Of a stretch of DNA of 64,000 bases, positions 60,401-64,000 are shown one piece after another. Source of the DNA: Neocallimastix sp. 'constans' (taxonomy: Eukaryota). The stretch spans positions 310,001 through 374,000 of the forward strand of contig JBODTK010000141.1 in assembly GCA_050613775.1 (NCBI GenBank). The letters run 5' to 3'. The notes below the pieces were generated by a model. It was given only the letters and a program-made list of their open reading frames with translations. It was not told the DNA's origin and did no database searches. Made by a program: the position numbers and the translations under genes. Each line of letters starts with the position of its first letter. Positions within the stretch are counted from its first letter, which is position 1.

Positions 60401-61347
60401 ATTTAATTAAATGAATAAATGTATAATATTTAAGTAAATTACTTTTTTTTAAATATATATTATATATATTAAATAAATATACTAATCATATTTGCACTTT
60501 AAGCATTTTTCTATTTTATTTGATGTTTTTTTTATTTATTTCGTTCATTAATTATTAATTATTATATTTTATAATTTTTTATTTATTTCATTTACTAATT
60601 ATTAATTATTATATAGTAATGATTTATTCATGTCATTCATTTACTATTATTTATTCATTTCATTCATTTACTATTATATATTTAATTTACTATTATTTAT
60701 TTATTTCATCCATTTACTAATATATAAAGTTAATTAATTAATTATAAATAGAAAATATATTTTGTATTATATCTAATATGAAATCCTATCTTTGGTATAA
60801 TATAAAATAGAATGTATTATATTCTATACTCTTAATAAATTCTTAATATATTATAAAATGTATTACACTTTAAAATCATTTTTAGTTTATTTTTTTTTTC
60901 ATTTATTTAATTATTTAATTCATTCATTTATTTTATTTTATTGAATTTAAATATTAATTTATTAATAATATATGCATAATATATATTAGAAATATCTATA
61001 TTGAATATTGATATTTAATATATGGGATCAAAAGTAAATTTATTGATAATCATATATTATAAATAAAATAAAATAGATGAAATACTATATAGATAATATA
61101 TAAAATAAATAAAATAATATATAAAATAAATAAAATAATATATAAAATAATATATTTAATTTTGATACTAATCCACACGAATAAAAAATAAAATACTAAT
61201 GAAAATAAATAAAAAAATAAAAATAAAATAAAATAAAAATAATATTAATAATAATAAAAAAAAAAGAAGGCATTCGGTTGTTTCAGTAGAGAAGGAAAGG
61301 GGGAAAGGGAATGGAATTGATTATATTGGTTTATTTAAAACAAATAA

Positions 61348-61540
61348 AAAAAAATTATAATAAATAAATAAAAATTATAATAAATAAATAAATAAAATTT
61401 ATAATAAATAAATAAATAAAAATTATAATAAATAAATAAAAATTATAATAAATAAATAAAAATTATAATAAATAAATAAAAATTATAATAAATAAATAAA
61501 AATTATAATTAATAAATAAAAATTATAATAAATAAAAATT
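61348..61540. repeat. ~20-bp minisatellite
   Basis: aaaattataataaataaata repeated about 9 times. Confidence 0.85.
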
Positions 61541-62683
61541 AATACAAATATAATAAATAATAATTATAATACATTAAAAAAAATAAGAGAGAAAGAGAGA
61601 GAAATGATGATGGAATAGAAGGGATAAAAATGAGAAAATGTTTTTTTTTTTTTTATTTTCTATTGAAATCTTATTTATCAAATATTTATATTTATATTTA
61701 TATATGTAATATTAAATAAATAGTAATAATAGTAATAATAATATTAAATAAATAATAGTTAACAAATATGTATTTTAATGATAATGTTATACATGTAAAT
61801 GAATAAAATAGATAAATTTATTAGTATATTAAATAAACGGATTAAATAAATTTTTGTAATCACATTAATTCTACAAAAAAAAAAAAAAAAAAAAAAAGAA
61901 TTTTATTTTAATTATAAAAAAAATTTAATTAAAATTATAAAAAATATAAAAATTTAAAAAAAAAAAAAATTAATATAATAAAAAAAAGTATAAATTATCT
62001 TAAATTTTCCTCAATTTTTTTTCTTTTTTTTATTATTTTCAATTATTCATTAGAAAACGTTAAATAGTCAATAAAAAATCATTTGAACAATTAAGAAAAA
62101 AAAAAAAAAGATATTATATTTTTTGAATAGATTATTTCCTTAACAAAAAATAACTATTAAAATAGGCATAATGTTTTCTTATACTAATATAAATTTAGAA
62201 AATAAATTTAATGAAAATTTTGATACTGAATATAATAAAGAATGAAATATATAATATAAACATTTTTTTTTTTTTTAACAAAAAAAGAGCATTTATTTTT
62301 TTTATATAAACTATTTTTTTATCAAAAGAAACCTTCCACCCTTCTTTTTATAATTATAATAAAAAATTTTTTTTATTATTAAATATTTTAATTCTATCTA
62401 TAAAACAATAATAAATGAGTGAATTATTTTTTTTCAATAAAAAGCATTTTCATATATTTAAATAAGTTGAATTTTATATATTATAAAGTTAAAATAATAA
62501 TAATAACCAAAAAAAAAAAAAAAAAGTGAGAGAAAAATATTTAATTATAACATAATAATAATTATTTAAAAACATTAAAAATAATAAAAACAATTATAAT
62601 AATATTAACAATAGTCATAGTAGTAATAATATAAAAAGTACTTTAATAAATTTATTAAAAAATAATATATATATATAAAAAAA

Positions 62684-63370
62684 ATGAACGTTGACTTAAA
62701 TTGGTGCCCTTGTGGAAAGCAATCTCGTGAAGATAGCATGTATTGCTCTGATGCTTGCTACTTGAAAGACTTAGCGACAAATAATAATGCTAATGCTAAT
62801 GCAACTACTTTTAATGAATTTTCAAGACCTGGAAAAAATTTTGAAAAGGATAGTTTCTTCACTTCGTTCAATAGAACAGCAATTTATCCTCACTATCACA
62901 ATGATAAAAGAAGTAATACTTTAAAGGTTCCAGACTTTAATAATTATAATAAAAATCCCTATGATAATTACATTTTATCAGCTTCCAGTAATTTGGCCTT
63001 TAAAAATCGTCAAAAGTATCAACAAAATAGTTACTATAATTACTACTACAATAGCAACAATAACAATAACAACAGTAATAATAATAATTATTATATTTCA
63101 ATGAATTTTAATAAAAATTCAAATGCAATGGCAAGTTCTTATAGTAGTAATGGTAGTACTATAGATGATTATTTTAAAAAGTCTTTAAAGATTGAAAATT
63201 CACCAAAACCTTCAACTGTAACTATTGCACCAAAAGAAAATGAACATGAAAATGCAAAGAAGGAAAAGAGTGAAGGTAATAGGAGTTATTCTGGTCGTTC
63301 CAGTTATATAATAGAAGCCGTTTATCCTGTTCAAAATTTTAATGGAAAAAATTCTATTGCCGTTTATTAA
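62684..63370 (+). CDS. Ecl1/2/3-family zinc-binding protein
   Basis: N-terminal WCPCGKQ...MYCSDACYLKD four-cysteine motif followed by an S/N/Y-rich tail, as in fungal Ecl1-like proteins; single exon. Confidence 0.75.
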   Translation: MNVDLNWCPCGKQSREDSMYCSDACYLKDLATNNNANANATTFNEFSRPGKNFEKDSFFTSFNRTAIYPHYHNDKRSNTLKVPDFNNYNKNPYDNYILSASSNLAFKNRQKYQQNSYYNYYYNSNNNNNNSNNNNYYISMNFNKNSNAMASSYSSNGSTIDDYFKKSLKIENSPKPSTVTIAPKENEHENAKKEKSEGNRSYSGRSSYIIEAVYPVQNFNGKNSIAVY

Positions 63371-63528
63371 GGGAAATTTTATTTTTATTCTCTTTTTTTT
63401 TTTTTTTTTTTTTTTTTCTGTATATATGAACATAGTACAGAAAAAAAAAATTAATTTATACATATATATTTTTATATATTATATAATACCAAAAAATGAT
63501 GGATCATGATGAACAAGAATCATATCAA

Positions 63529-63560
<32 letters not shown>

Positions 63561-63961
63561 TCTCTATGGATATATATATATATATATAGATATAAATATA
63601 TATATATAATATTTATTATAAATAATACAATTTTTTATTTATTTATTTTTTTTTTAATCTAATCTTTTTTTCTATTTTTTTTTTTATAAAAGTTTTTTCT
63701 TTTATATAAATTTATTTTTATATAAATATCTTTTATAAATATCTTTTTTATTTTTATTTTTATTTTTTTTTTTTTTTAATTTTTTAAATTTTTTCTTAAA
63801 AATAATATTTAATATTTTTAATAAAATAAAATCATTAATAAAAAAATATATATATAATACTCTTTTAAAACAAAAAAGAACAAATAATAATAATAATTTA
63901 TCCTATAATATTGTGTGTATGTGTGTGAAAAACTATTCAATTATAAAAAGGTGTAACAAAA

Positions 63962-63992
<31 letters not shown>

Positions 63993-64000
63993 TGTACATG

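Overview
Extremely AT-rich, intron-containing eukaryotic DNA full of homopolymers and microsatellites. Composition and gene content (solute-binding-protein/7TM receptor, bacterial-type K+ channel) point to an anaerobic gut fungus (Neocallimastigomycota); this is inference. Left to right: a spliced neutral trehalase (minus strand, runs off the left edge); a deleted relic of an SBP-7TM receptor; a 4.3 kb Mutator/MULE transposon (9893-14222, 9-bp TSD, frameshifted transposase) inserted into the terminal repeat of an older copy of its own family, creating a ~280-bp palindrome; an intact Ty1/Copia LTR retrotransposon (15345-21784); a 5-exon SBP-7TM receptor with one in-frame TGA between its two domains; a decayed gene relic; a 1123-aa low-complexity ORF; an 11-exon RAD4/XPC gene with a long repetitive N-terminus; an intronless prokaryote-like 6TM K+ channel; a ~15.7 kb ORF-free region; and an Ecl1-family zinc-binding gene. 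The most notable observation concerns the Copia element: identical 247-bp LTRs with TG...TA ends, a 5-bp TSD, and a primer-binding site complementary to the anticodon arm of tRNA-Lys(CUU), implying half-tRNA priming. All calls were made by eye; no searches were run.
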